Below are positions 32,544 to 43,183 of a stretch of DNA of 47,032 bases, in pieces. Position numbers and translations under genes: made by a program. Position 1 is the first letter of the stretch; each line of letters opens with the position of its first letter. Source of the stretch: Hydrurus foetidus (Eukaryota); contig UYFQ01000239.1 of NCBI GenBank assembly GCA_900617105.1, positions 1 through 47,032 of the forward strand, given 5' to 3'. The notes under the pieces were generated by a model. The model did not search any database, was not told the DNA's origin, and saw nothing but the letters and a program-made list of their open reading frames with translations.

Positions 32544-34100
32544 TTATGTTGTAAAAGTGCGGTAAGACTCCGGTATGGAATAGACGGTTGCTAGCAAATG
32601 AATTGGCTTGCACATAGTTCCCTTGGCGTTTCTAGTTAAGTCATTCACATAATCATCAGAATTCTGTCGAACCCTCTCAACAAAAGAAGTCATCGTAGGG
32701 TGAGGAGTGGGAAAAGAATCATTCATTTTACGATTGAATATTTTTAGGGGATTGTTTGTCCTATGAATCAAGGTAAATTCAGAATTTTCATAAGTAAATG
32801 AGTGCACATTCCAGATTTTTGGATTATATCTAACTATCCATGTCTTGACAAAGTAGTCCCAAAATGCATCGAATTGGGATTGATGCGAAGACTCGTCGAA
32901 GCCGCGTCTGCAGTATGGAATCCCTTTGGGGATTATCTTTTCATTGGGAATCGCGGTAAATATGTTCATGACTCCGTTAGTACCTATGAGCTCTTTGGAA
33001 TATGGAAGTCCCCCAGATTTCTTTTGATTGCCTGCTTCCAGTGGAAGAGGCATCCAACAGCAACTCCCATTGGGAAGTCGGCCCTCATAGTGGACAATAT
33101 GGCGTGCTCGAAGTCGGAAGTGTAGGTCGTCGCTTACATTTCCCCTTGCTGGAAGATATGCAAGCTTGTAAGGCGCGCTTGTAAGTCGATTCCTTTTTGT
33201 TCTGTAGAAGCACGTAGTAGATAGGTACGTACATTCCTGCCCGTACATTAATTAAATAAATAAAAGTAAATTAGCTGTAAAATCAAGAACCCAGGAACCT
33301 TATTTGCTTTAATTTATTCATTATAAGAGAAACGGACACACATGTAGTTCGTAAGTACCTGTAGCAGCCGTATAGATCATGACTATCAGAAGCTGTTTCA
33401 ACCCTTTAGGGACACAAGCGAAGGTGCAGTCCACGAACATGGGGCAGGCTCCATACTTCGTGAGGTGAATGAAATCGGGATGACCCGAACCAACTATCGT
33501 CTCCAACTCGATGGCTGTAGAGTGATTTAGGAAGAATTTGAGGAATGTTCGCTCGTCCGAGACGGAGCAAGAGCATATCGGATCAGCGTGGATTTTTGAG
33601 ATCCAATCTCCAAATTCCTTCGCGCGAACTTGGTAAACGTATGCTAGAAGCTGGGGATGGCCTTAAGTTTCCGTTGCTGAGCCTGTAATGTAGGATATGG
33701 CATTATTTAAGATTACACCTCTGTTGCAGTGTAATATCGAAAAGAATTACCTTCATATTTTTGCACCGTGGTTTCGAAAACGTGCTTGGCAACTTCAGTC
33801 GCGCTCTTTGTTGCGTCGTCTGGACAGTTATCAATGATTATCTGCTTCATATCCGCCTGAACGTCATTGATCTCCCCAACCTTGATACTCTTCAGTTGTC
33901 CGTTTTGTTTGCAGGTGTGCACCTTCACACTGGTAAAATGCATGTCCACCGTTCATGGCGGTAGTTTTCTTCGTATAATCATATCCATTCAACGTCATTT
34001 TGCTATCAAAAGTCACAACCTCGACACAAGCTTTTTTATCAGGACTTGATAAACATGAGAAGCCAAAGCTGAGCTCATCCTCTGCGTTCCAATCATCATC
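32544..34100 (-). pseudogene. MULE/Mutator transposase remnant
   Basis: MFVDCTFACVPKGLKQLLIV (first catalytic D region), FWDYFVKTW, WNV, RTNNPL..FNR, HPTMTSFVE and an N-terminal NGYDY...FYQC. Fragmented across frames. Confidence 0.85.
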
Positions 34101-34238
34101 AGTAGCAAACAATTTTTGGAAGTGATGTAGACAGCAGTAGAAGCGTTGGATGCGCAATATCAAGCCCATCGACGAGGGCCATTGAGAGTCGGTGAGGATC
34201 ACTGAAGGATCGTTTCGAATTTTTAAACAGGGTATCTT

Positions 34239-34432
34239 GGGGGGTCAGGGTCATTGGGGGTCATAAAAAAGAACCTTTGCCGGGGCCAACCAGGTTAAAA
34301 AAATACGAGGGTCATTCAGGGTCAGTGGGTCATTTAAGGTCATCAATAATCGACAATGGCACATAGAACCGTATATATATGACCCTGAAGACCCTGAGGG
34401 CTATTCAGGGTCATAGGGTCATTTAGGGTCAA
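34239..34432. repeat. cluster of about ten GGGTCA motifs, probably a transposon subterminal array
   Basis: Repeated GGGTCA(T), mostly on +, with an inverted TGACCC. Confidence 0.7.
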
Positions 34433-34644
34433 AATTATAGATTATCTTTCTACTGGTTCTGATGATTGATTTATCTAAGCATGCTTCAGTTCTCTCGACT
34501 TGTTTCGACTGTCCCATCACCGCGTCTTGAGTATCCTTACGCTGTACAGCAAAGATGTTACAAGATAAGTAATCAGTCGGGTTGGTTGAGGTGGGTGGTT
34601 GCACATCCGGGGGTACAAGGTCCGTACGTATGGGGATGAGTAAG

Positions 34645-36705
34645 GGCGACCAAAAAGGTCCGACTCCCGGGCCCTCACCTAGAAAACTAAATAACGTCCT
34701 AACTTTTACAATTTCGAGAGTTTTGACTTGAAATGACGGCGTCGAGTTTACAATACCTGGTTTGATTACTGCTGAAGAGGAATTTAGGTAAAAATTGTTT
34801 TTCAATTTTGTTTTAGTCTTCTGAACTTTACTCCCAAAATTAATTACATTTTGTGGAGTAAAAGCATTTTTTACTACATTTCCTACGTCATAAATACAAA
34901 TTCTTTGTAAAGAATTTTACTTTCTACATTAATCGCTGCCATTGAAACAATTCAGAAAGATTTCTTGAACTAATTCAATATCTAATACAATTCTATCATC
35001 CAAATTTTGCATTGTATTCTCGAAATAATATCGAATATCACTATGTAATACATTCAGTGCCTTAATTGATAAATGTTACTGTTAAGCAAACGTTTGTACA
35101 TTAGTATAGTGTAAGATTCTTCAGTGATATTCTGTACTTTACCTACATCAAATGAGCAATAAATATCTGACGTCGTTTTATTCGACTTCAATCTAACTGA
35201 AGCAATCGCAACAATACATTCATTACCGAGCAGATTACATATTGCATTATTTGAGTAATTCTCTTTCATTGTTTTCTCAGTCGAAGGAATTAAAACTGTT
35301 AATATTGCACAGAGAATTACTTTTATTCTCTCATAAGAATTGTACTTATTAAGGAATTGTATATTTTCTTTAATATTATCAAACATTACTAGCGGTAGAG
35401 AATTTTTTTGATGCTGAATCAGATTATTATCTTTCAACTTTTCAATTTCTCTTTTAAGAGTTGTTGCATTCTTTGTTGAAATCAATTTATCATAGCCCAT
35501 ACTTCTGACTAACTGAGATTCAGATCGTCTCCACTCATCATTTCTATTTGCTGTCTTTAAGGCTAACGCATTTAACCTTCTAGTCAGCTGTCCCTTATTT
35601 GCAGAGATGCGTCTTTTTTCTCCTTCTGCATCCCTTTATAATCTCTTTATTGTAGCTTCTAAACATTTTTTCGTTTCGAGCATCTCCAATTTTTCATTCT
35701 CGACTGACATATTTGTCTGTTCTAACTCCGCAAGGCCACTATAAAGATTGGTTATTTTTTCGAACATCCTACTCTGACTGTGTTTCTGTCCCAGTATTCT
35801 CTTGATGGATGCCGCATCGTATGGCTCTATTTTAGTAACAATCTTTGGCTCTGGAGTCATAACATTGGAAATTTTCCGCGACCGCTCAGCAGCAAAAGTG
35901 TTGTAATGATGCTCCAGAGCTGTCCTCTTCAAAGCTCTCCATTCGATGACGTCAATCATAATCCTCGTTGACAGTCCCCTGGGTTGCCCATTAATACTAA
36001 GTCCAATGTCTGATGAGATTTCTTTTTTTAAGAAATACAATAAAAATGATGAAATCATCTGTTCATCGGTGTGGCCGCGATTCTCGCCACGAAGGTAAAA
36101 CATCTCGGAGTCGTGAATGCAGCGAATAATAGACCGATTTATACTGAACAGTACGTCATTTATGTCGACAGGTGACTCCTCACGGCGTCTTCTCCTCCTT
36201 GAATCCATCACATGCCGGGCCACAATGACTTTCAAAGTAGGTGACTGGACTCCTCAAACACTCGCAAATAGTACCAGAACTACACCATTTGATGAAATAA
36301 TCGATGCAAAGAGGAGCTGGAATTGACAGATCTCAAGAATAGGCTCCGGGAAAAGTGGCGCACGACGCGACGAAAAATATCCCACAAGAAGCTTCGATCA
36401 AACGTTCTGCTCCATGTAGTGTCCTGAAAATTGGATGGCAAAAATTCTAGCGACTTGAATCGGAGATGATGCTCTGGTCGTCAGGCTCCATCTGCAGAGG
36501 CTGTTGTGTAGTATATCTGAACGATGCCGTTTCAAATTATCTTCGATGTGAGATGAGGACGAAGTGCTTCGTGTGCGTCAACACGAAGGAAATGACCCCG
36601 ATGAAATGAGCGAGGAAATGAGGACGAATTTTTAGTGGTGTACGCACTCATTTCTACTGTTGAACGTTTCGGATTTTCCGTGGGTGTCGGACCTTTTTGG
36701 TCGCC
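34645..36705. mobile_element. 2.06-kb TIR element with 24-bp TIRs and a 4-bp TAAG TSD, carrying unknown ORFs (35054..35500 and 35636..36235, minus)
   Basis: TIR GGCGACCAAAAAGGTCCGAC(T/A)CCC; TAAG at 34641-34644 and 36706-36709. Removing it restores the in-frame host reading ...ALTVVL|LIPIRTD.... Confidence 0.9.
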
Positions 36706-36709
36706 TAAG

Positions 36710-38324
36710 ACAACTGTAAGTGCAGGTAACGCAATACGCGGCTGTATAGCAGCAACAATGTCAGATGCAGGCGCGTGTGCATGGACAGAATTTACAGTCG
36801 CTAGAGACTTCCCTTCTTTGTTGGATCTTGGTTGAGCACTGCTCCTTGGTTGGGAGCTGCCCCTGGCTCTGTTGTGGCGTGATCCCTGTCCGCCTCCTTT
36901 CTTGTTGTCGTACTTGTCTGCTGTCGTCGTCTCGGTCACGACTACGTTCACGGTTGGAAGAACGTCCACGATCTGCGCGTCGCTCGCGTGCTTTGCGTTC
37001 GTTCAGATCGCGGTCATCTCTCTCCCGTTCCTGCAGCGTGCGTCGGTCTCGCGCGGGACCGCATCCTCATACTCGCTGTTGTAACGGAAACGTTTGGATG
37101 TATCAGCATCCTCTGAGGACTCCTCCGCGCGTTTCTTCCGATGAAGCTCCCATCCTGGAAAATACAGCTGCTCTACGAAGGTGTCATGACCCTCTGCCAT
37201 CTATGCCTTTCCCATCGTAGACTCACTCCAAAGCACGTGGTGTTGGTGGTTGGTATCGTGTAAGCCTTTGAAGGGGCAGTCCGCTACTCTATGGGTAGCG
37301 AATCCGCAGCATTGGCATTCAGCCGGATCCGAGTTGTATGCCCGGCGCTCACTCCTTTGTTACGCTAGGTCTGACATCGAGCGGGAGGAGGCTGATGCAG
37401 CAGTGTTGCTTGGACCAGACCATCCTGACGCTGATGCCGTAGGCTTGACGCTAGTGGGTGGGAAGGTGTGGACGATAGAAGTATCGCCGTACTGAGCAAC
37501 TTTGAACAATGCTTGGCGTGCGACTGCGAGTGTCTTGCAGAAACGGTAGACGCATGTCATCCAGGTGTCTTCGACTTGAGGGCTGTTGGGGTTCGCCACG
37601 AACGCTAGCATCCTCTCGCCCTTGTCTGCCTTCTTCATGTCGAAGTAGTCGTGACGGATCTGGGTCTCCTCCGCCGCGACACGCTTCTCGAAGATCTTGA
37701 TGAGGTCTCGCTGCTGTTCCTCTGTGAACTCCCCCACCGTACGGGTGTACCCTTTGACGACCTCCTTGTAATCCGCCATCATCAGTATCTCATGATCTTC
37801 ATTATCGATGCAGTACTGGAACTTGACTTTGGAGAACACCTCGGCCAGGGTCTTCTTCTCATCGTGTCTTTTACCAAAGTATTGGCTGACGAGACGGGCG
37901 ATCTGGAGGTGTGACAGCTTTGTCCTCCATAGGGGTACCTCAGACTTGCTCAGGATCTTCAGCGATGGATCGCACCGGATTTTCATGTCCAACGTATCCA
38001 TAGCCGCTTCCGTCATAGTCTGTTGGATGTCGATAGAATCCCCCATAGTGACAGCTTGTGCGAGGAACCTCTCGGCTTGCTCTGAACTAATCAGAGTGTT
38101 TTGTAACACAAAGAGTTTCTTGTTAAGAGAAAGAGCTTTGGTTATGGAGGACGCACGGGAGTTCTGGGTCTCCCCTCCCCTAGATATTAATGAGAAGTTT
38201 AACGCATTTACAGGGCTTGGAGGATCCACAGCCCCTGTCTCGGCGAATCTCCTTATCTCCTCCTCCGTTAACTCTGGGGGGCTGGAGCTGGAAATGGAGT
38301 CGGGATAAGCTGCTCTGGTTCCAT
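36710..38324 (-). pseudogene. gag with a CCHC zinc knuckle, interrupted by stops and frameshifts
   Basis: CQCCGFATHRVADC (CX2CX4HX4C) at 37276-37317 is in frame after the TAA ending ORF 37360..38229. Clear similarity to ORF 41975 (FVL, TLAE.FS...F.Y.I.N.DHE, LI.I.EKR). Confidence 0.8.
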
Positions 38325-39064
38325 CTTGTCTGAAGAGCTGCTTAGAAGGCGGCTCTGATCGGAGTGCTTTGAGCTTTATTCTTCTAAGATCTTCTCCTCT
38401 TGAAATTCGTATTGCAAGAGTTTTGCCTCGTGCCGTATCGGTTGGACAAGTGTCTGAGCGATGAAGATTAGCAAGATAAGCAATTAAGAAAACTAGAAAA
38501 AAGTCTTGGCGAGGAGCACTTGAAATCTGATCTTTGCCTCACCAACAGGTCGCTGTTGGAGGATTCAAAGGAGCGTTTGAGGGCTTCCTTGAGTCTTGAA
38601 ACAGGCTTGAAGTCCTGTCGATGATTGCCCACTAAGTCTTGTGCAATTCAGATAGGGGATACCTATGTTGCTTCAAACAGGAATTGACTTCTGTTCTTCA
38701 GCTGGCGTCGAAACGGCTTAAAGCTGGCAACCGACGTGGCGATCGGGTTATCCTTGAAGATCTTGGGCTTGTCCTCCTTTGAAGATCTTGAAAGCACCAA
38801 GGGTTTCTTGGAGCTTGGAAGTCTTGATCGGCTTATGAAATTCAAATAGGGGATACCTATGTTTCGCCGCTGTCGAAAACTTAGCGCGAAACGTGTCGTT
38901 TGTCGACAACGTTTGCTTCCAATCCTGATTTCTCCGACCAAATGCTTTGGAAGGACTTCTGGTAACTCGGCGGGCCGCGTGGACAGAAGTCTAGCTAAAT
39001 AGATGGATGGCAGTAGGGGGCCAAGTAGTAGAATTTAGAGGGAAAGCGGAACGAGTAGATTTAC

Positions 39065-39274
39065 TGTAGTCCAAAGAAGCTAGAAGGGTGCAGAAAGGTA
39101 GTTTAGCTTACAACGGGGAAAGAGGGGGTGAGCTTGCAGAGGTGTAAAACTCTGCATGCAAAGGTTGCAAGGTAAGCTAACAAGCTGCGAGATGTCAGAA
39201 GGACTCTCAGCCACATGTACAAACGACTCTATGGTACTAGGGAAGGTAGGAATGTGGTGCTAAATCCTGTAACA
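39065..39274 (-). repeat. 5' LTR of copy 2 (~210 bp)
   Basis: TGT...ACA ends, same size class and same U5 end as copy 3; the outer edge is tentative. Confidence 0.65.
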
Positions 39275-39833
39275 TCACAGATGCTTCAAAATCAAGCCGC
39301 TGTGACGTCGATCAACATGGCATTGAGTGGAGTAGCTGGATATCTCTTGTCCTGTTTGTGAGGGGGGGGAGTCGTAGAATCAAAGGTCCACTATGGTGAG
39401 CACATTAGAATTGGGGTACAAGTCGATTCCGCTCTTAGGTATGTCATGAGTGATCACCACCACTGGGTAGTGGTGGTCAAGGGGTGTGAAGAGATTTCGA
39501 ACCAGACTGAGAAGAGAATACTTGATGAAGTTGTTCTGCTGGGCAGAGTCTGTTAGTACGTATACGACACAAGCACGTAAGGGCAGTTTTTTCTCAGTTG
39601 TTATTACTCTTTTGATGGTCTGTGGAGAAGATAGCGTCTAGCTTGTTGAGCACCTGCTGCGGATATTCTTCTGCGACTACGCATCCCATTCGATCTCTCT
39701 AGTCTAAGGCATTGTCTACCACACCATAGAATGAAGGACCCATACCAGCTCGCATCATGCTCCGCCTGTGACAAATAGCTTTCGGTGCAGGTGATTATGT
39801 TATACTGGAATCCCTCCAATGTGTGGTTGAACC

Positions 39834-40813
39834 TTAAATAGCTCTCGCAGCTGCGATGAAGGGAGAGTAAGAGAGGCTGTTTATGATTGAGGAAGATGCG
39901 AGAATGAGCAGCTCCAGCAGGCTCGTCATCATGCCTTGCTGCGTGACCCTCGGACGAGAGAAGTTCAGATGCAGCAGTCTTGAGTCATGGGGCAGATGGT
40001 GGAGCACTTCAACGGATGAAGAGTTTGAGTCACTGGCGATGAAGTAGCATGTCTGTCCTGCGGAGGTAGACAACGAAAATAGGATTTTTCGCGGACAGCG
40101 TAGAATGATCGGAGACGTAGATGCGTTCCATAGTATCTCGAGTCCACACAGCGCGCTCGCACCTCTGCCTTAAATCTGTCCAACCTGTCACAGATATCAG
40201 TACCGTATCTCAAAATGTTTGGAGCGAATAGGTATTGATGCATGGACGATTCCAGCATCAGAGGTACTTTGACAGACGTCAGAACATTCGTTGGGAAGCT
40301 CGCAGAGATTTTCGAGTGCTTAGTTCAGCTGAATTGCTGCAGTGAATGTTGAAAGCGTACACCTCAATCACTTCATGTTCTCTCCAAGAGTTGTCAAAGC
40401 CATGAAAGAACGTTTAGGCTATCATTCCAGTCTTCTGTGTTCCAATCTTTTGTGAGATCGACTGTATGCTTCTTCGACATCGTGATGTTTTTGGGAGCTT
40501 GATCTAAATCCCACTCAAAGCAAGGAGGGTGAAATAATTCTCCCTAAGGAATCCGTAATACACTTGATGGTATGGGTACATCTTCGCATTGGAAATTTCC
40601 CCAGTCAACTAAGCATGCCCTTTTCAGCGCTCTCGCCAATGTGAACACAGCCGCAATCCCAGTCATTCTGTTACCAAATCCAATGAAACATCTGCCTTCG
40701 AAAGTAAGTATCTTGCCGTTCTGTATCGTTTCGTTGGAGACAGATACTTTCTTGAATCGCCAAATAAAAAAACAAGCGTACGAGATATCCTTACCGGAGA
40801 ATCTCTGCTCCAA
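39834..40813 (-). pseudogene. GDP-fucose-type glycosyltransferase-like (alpha-1,2/1,6 or O-fucosyltransferase fold) gene remnant
   Basis: Motifs GFGNRMTGIAAVFTLARALKRACLVDW, YYGTHLR, YFIASDS and LLELLILASS occur in fucosyltransferase order but are split across frames. Confidence 0.55.
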
Positions 40814-41214
40814 CAGCTGATCACATCGTGATGAAATTTCGAATACGCTACCATGCCCTATGCAAAGGAAGAAAGTTTGTCATCTACCGGATCTGACTTC
40901 CTGTGCTCCCATGATTGAAACTTGGTCATGATGCCAGTGATGTCGCAGCTGTGCGGAAGATCAAAGCCATCTAGTGGTAGTATCTTGTCGTCGAACCGTT
41001 GTCGCTCAAATTGTGGAAACTTGAGATTGGAAGAGCATCACTGAGAAAACTCCAACTCAAGAACAGAGCTGTGAACGGATGATTGTAGCGCGGCAAACGC
41101 GAGGACGCAGATATGCTTATGCAGACAAATCATTGCTTTGTCAAAGGGCTGACTGCAGTGTGAGAAGATTCGTGTGTTCCGCCTACCCATTAATTTGACA
41201 TGACACTGTGCCTG

Positions 41215-42606
41215 TGTGGTCGTACCGGGTATACCGGGCCTACGGTCCGTACCGGACCTTGTCACGATCCACCCGATCCTTCCGCCTACAGTACACATAC
41301 AGCCCTACCACGACTAGCTAGCGGCTGCAGCCGACTCGTAGAAGTTACCTAGCTTCTAGCATAGCTGTAAACCTAAGCATCACCTACTCGTCTACCCGTC
41401 TTCTTTCCATCAGGACTACAATAGCGCTATTCGTTCAACCTTTCTTCTACTACTTCTCAGTCCATCTATCTGTCCCCAACTTTTAGATAAGACTTCCGAG
41501 CTCTCTAATCCCACGGCCGACTTCTCTTGCAGCTTTGAGCTCAGAGAATCTTAGTTTAAGTTAGAGAAAGTCAGCATACCTGCTTTCTTGGAATCCCTAA
41601 GCTTGGGCTCTTCCATTCTTTAAGTTTCCGGTCGAAGTCGAAAGATCCTTCCCGAGATTCATTAAAGACCTGCTCTGACGGTCGATTGAATCACGGATTC
41701 ATCACCGCTGACATAAGATTAGTCAAGAGACGTCTTCTTGTCGCTGGAAAGCAGCAGCATATACCTTAAAAGGTACCCAAATTTTCTACCACTCAAAATT
41801 TGGCTCTTAGGCCATTGGACTTTTCAGTCCAAGAGTTGGTTAGAATCTTCTAACGCGTTGTTACTGACGAAACAGTACCCGTTAGCGAACAAGGCAAACC
41901 CCTTGCAAATTTTTTTTTGACAAGAGGGGATTGATCTCTGCTGTGTTTAAGCGAGATACATATCTAGTAGCGATATGTCCGCCGCACCTCCATCTCCACC
42001 ACCTCCTGATGAGGAGGAGATTGCTCGTCTCGCAGCGTTGGCTGCCCTCAATGAGACTATTCCAACAAACAACTCATTGTTTGGCAACAGCTCGCTGACG
42101 ATGCAACTCCAGAGTGAGGTATTCGTGCTCAGACACAACTTCATTGATGAAGCTGATGCCATTGAGTTCTACGAACAGGCTCAACGCAATCCCAACATGA
42201 AGTTGACGGACTGTATGCAGAAGCAGGCAATCGAACTACTGAACTTCAAAATCTTAGTCGACCCTGAATTCAACATCATCGACCGTCGACAACGTCATGA
42301 TTGGTTCACCATACTATCGGTGACTCAGGTAGCCACTCTAGTAGTGAAGTACTTCTGCCCAAACGGTTTGGGGGAGTGTACTTTGGCAGAGAGTTTTAGC
42401 CAAATTCCCTTCCACTACCAGATCGCTAATCACGATCATGAGAATGCCACATTCATTCGTTACAATGAACTTGTGAGCAACTATCAGAGGTCCAAGGGCC
42501 CTCTGACTATGACTCAGCACGCTGAGCTTATTCAGATCTTGGAGAAGCGCCTAGCTAAGGGTAGTCAAATCCAACAGGATTACCTGAGAGCAAAAGCTGC
42601 TGACAC
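41215..42606 (+). mobile_element. Ty3/gypsy LTR retrotransposon copy 3 (5' LTR 41215-41420, leader, gag), interrupted by copy 4
   Basis: The LTR TGTGG...GGACTACA shares CCACGACTA, CTAGCTAG and AGAAGTTAC with the copy 1/4 LTR. The gag ORF starts at 41975. Confidence 0.8.
41975..42606 (+). pseudogene. gag N-terminal part, truncated by an LTR insertion
   Basis: Homologous to 37360..38229; the last codons of the called ORF (to 42649) are read from the inserted LTR. Confidence 0.8.
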
Positions 42607-42813
42607 TGTGACCTTGGAAGGCAAAAGAGAAGGGAAGTCTAAAGGCTAAAAGGAGCTAATTAGTTAGGGATGCAACAGAAGGTACGCTAGTAACTTCTGC
42701 AAGGCAGCACAAACTAGCTAGTGACTGATAGTCGTGGCTGTGAACACGAAGGTACTAAGGTGGAAACAGCATCTAATCGGCTGAATGGGGTAGCAGACCC
42801 TGAGGGAGCCACA
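42607..42813 (-). repeat. 3' LTR of copy 4 (207 bp)
   Basis: TGT...ACA ends; ~89% identical to 2143-2349. Confidence 0.92.
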
Positions 42814-42830
42814 CTACCCCTACTTATCTC
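42814..42830 (-). other. polypurine tract
   Basis: Minus strand GAGATAAGTAGGGGTAG abuts the LTR start TGTGGC. Confidence 0.85.
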
Positions 42831-43183
42831 TCGTTTTCTCATTTCTCTCTCCCTCTCCCTCTCTCTCTCTTGGTGAGTCTCTAGCTACAGTGTGTAACAA
42901 AACAAATATGACTCAAGCGTGAGAAAAAAAATGCAGAAAAAGATAATAAAAAATAAAAATAAAAATAAAATACAGAAATAAATGCGTACAATAAATACAG
43001 ATATTTGTACATGTGAGAGATGGGGAAAGCGAGAAACGAGAGTGCCTAGATGTGTTGTAACTAAGTGTTCCCCTACACATTTATGTCAGATTTTTACTGA
43101 CTAAACCTCCTGAAAAGCAACGTAACGTTGTAAAAATGAGGAGGAATCTTCAAAAGATAATGTGTAGGTCGTTCCTGGGGAAC

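Larger units (their letters stand above)
34450..39274 (-). mobile_element. Ty3/gypsy LTR retrotransposon copy 2 (5' LTR, leader, gag; truncated before the protease and split by the 34645-36705 insertion)
   Basis: LTR 39065-~39274 ends GGACTACA on the minus strand, like copy 3. Its gag is homologous to 41975..42606. No 3' LTR was found. Confidence 0.75.

Noticed and set aside
36415..36430. Possible 3' LTR of copy 2 (TGTAGTGTCC)
   Set aside because: Similarity to 39065 does not extend beyond a few bases, and it lies inside another insertion.
36532..36705. C-terminal part of ORF 36532..36969 (and N-terminal part of 34419..34805) as genuine gag sequence
   Set aside because: These parts are read through the TIRs of the inserted 34645-36705 element; the shared GDQKGPTP / GVGPFWSP peptides are the TIR itself.
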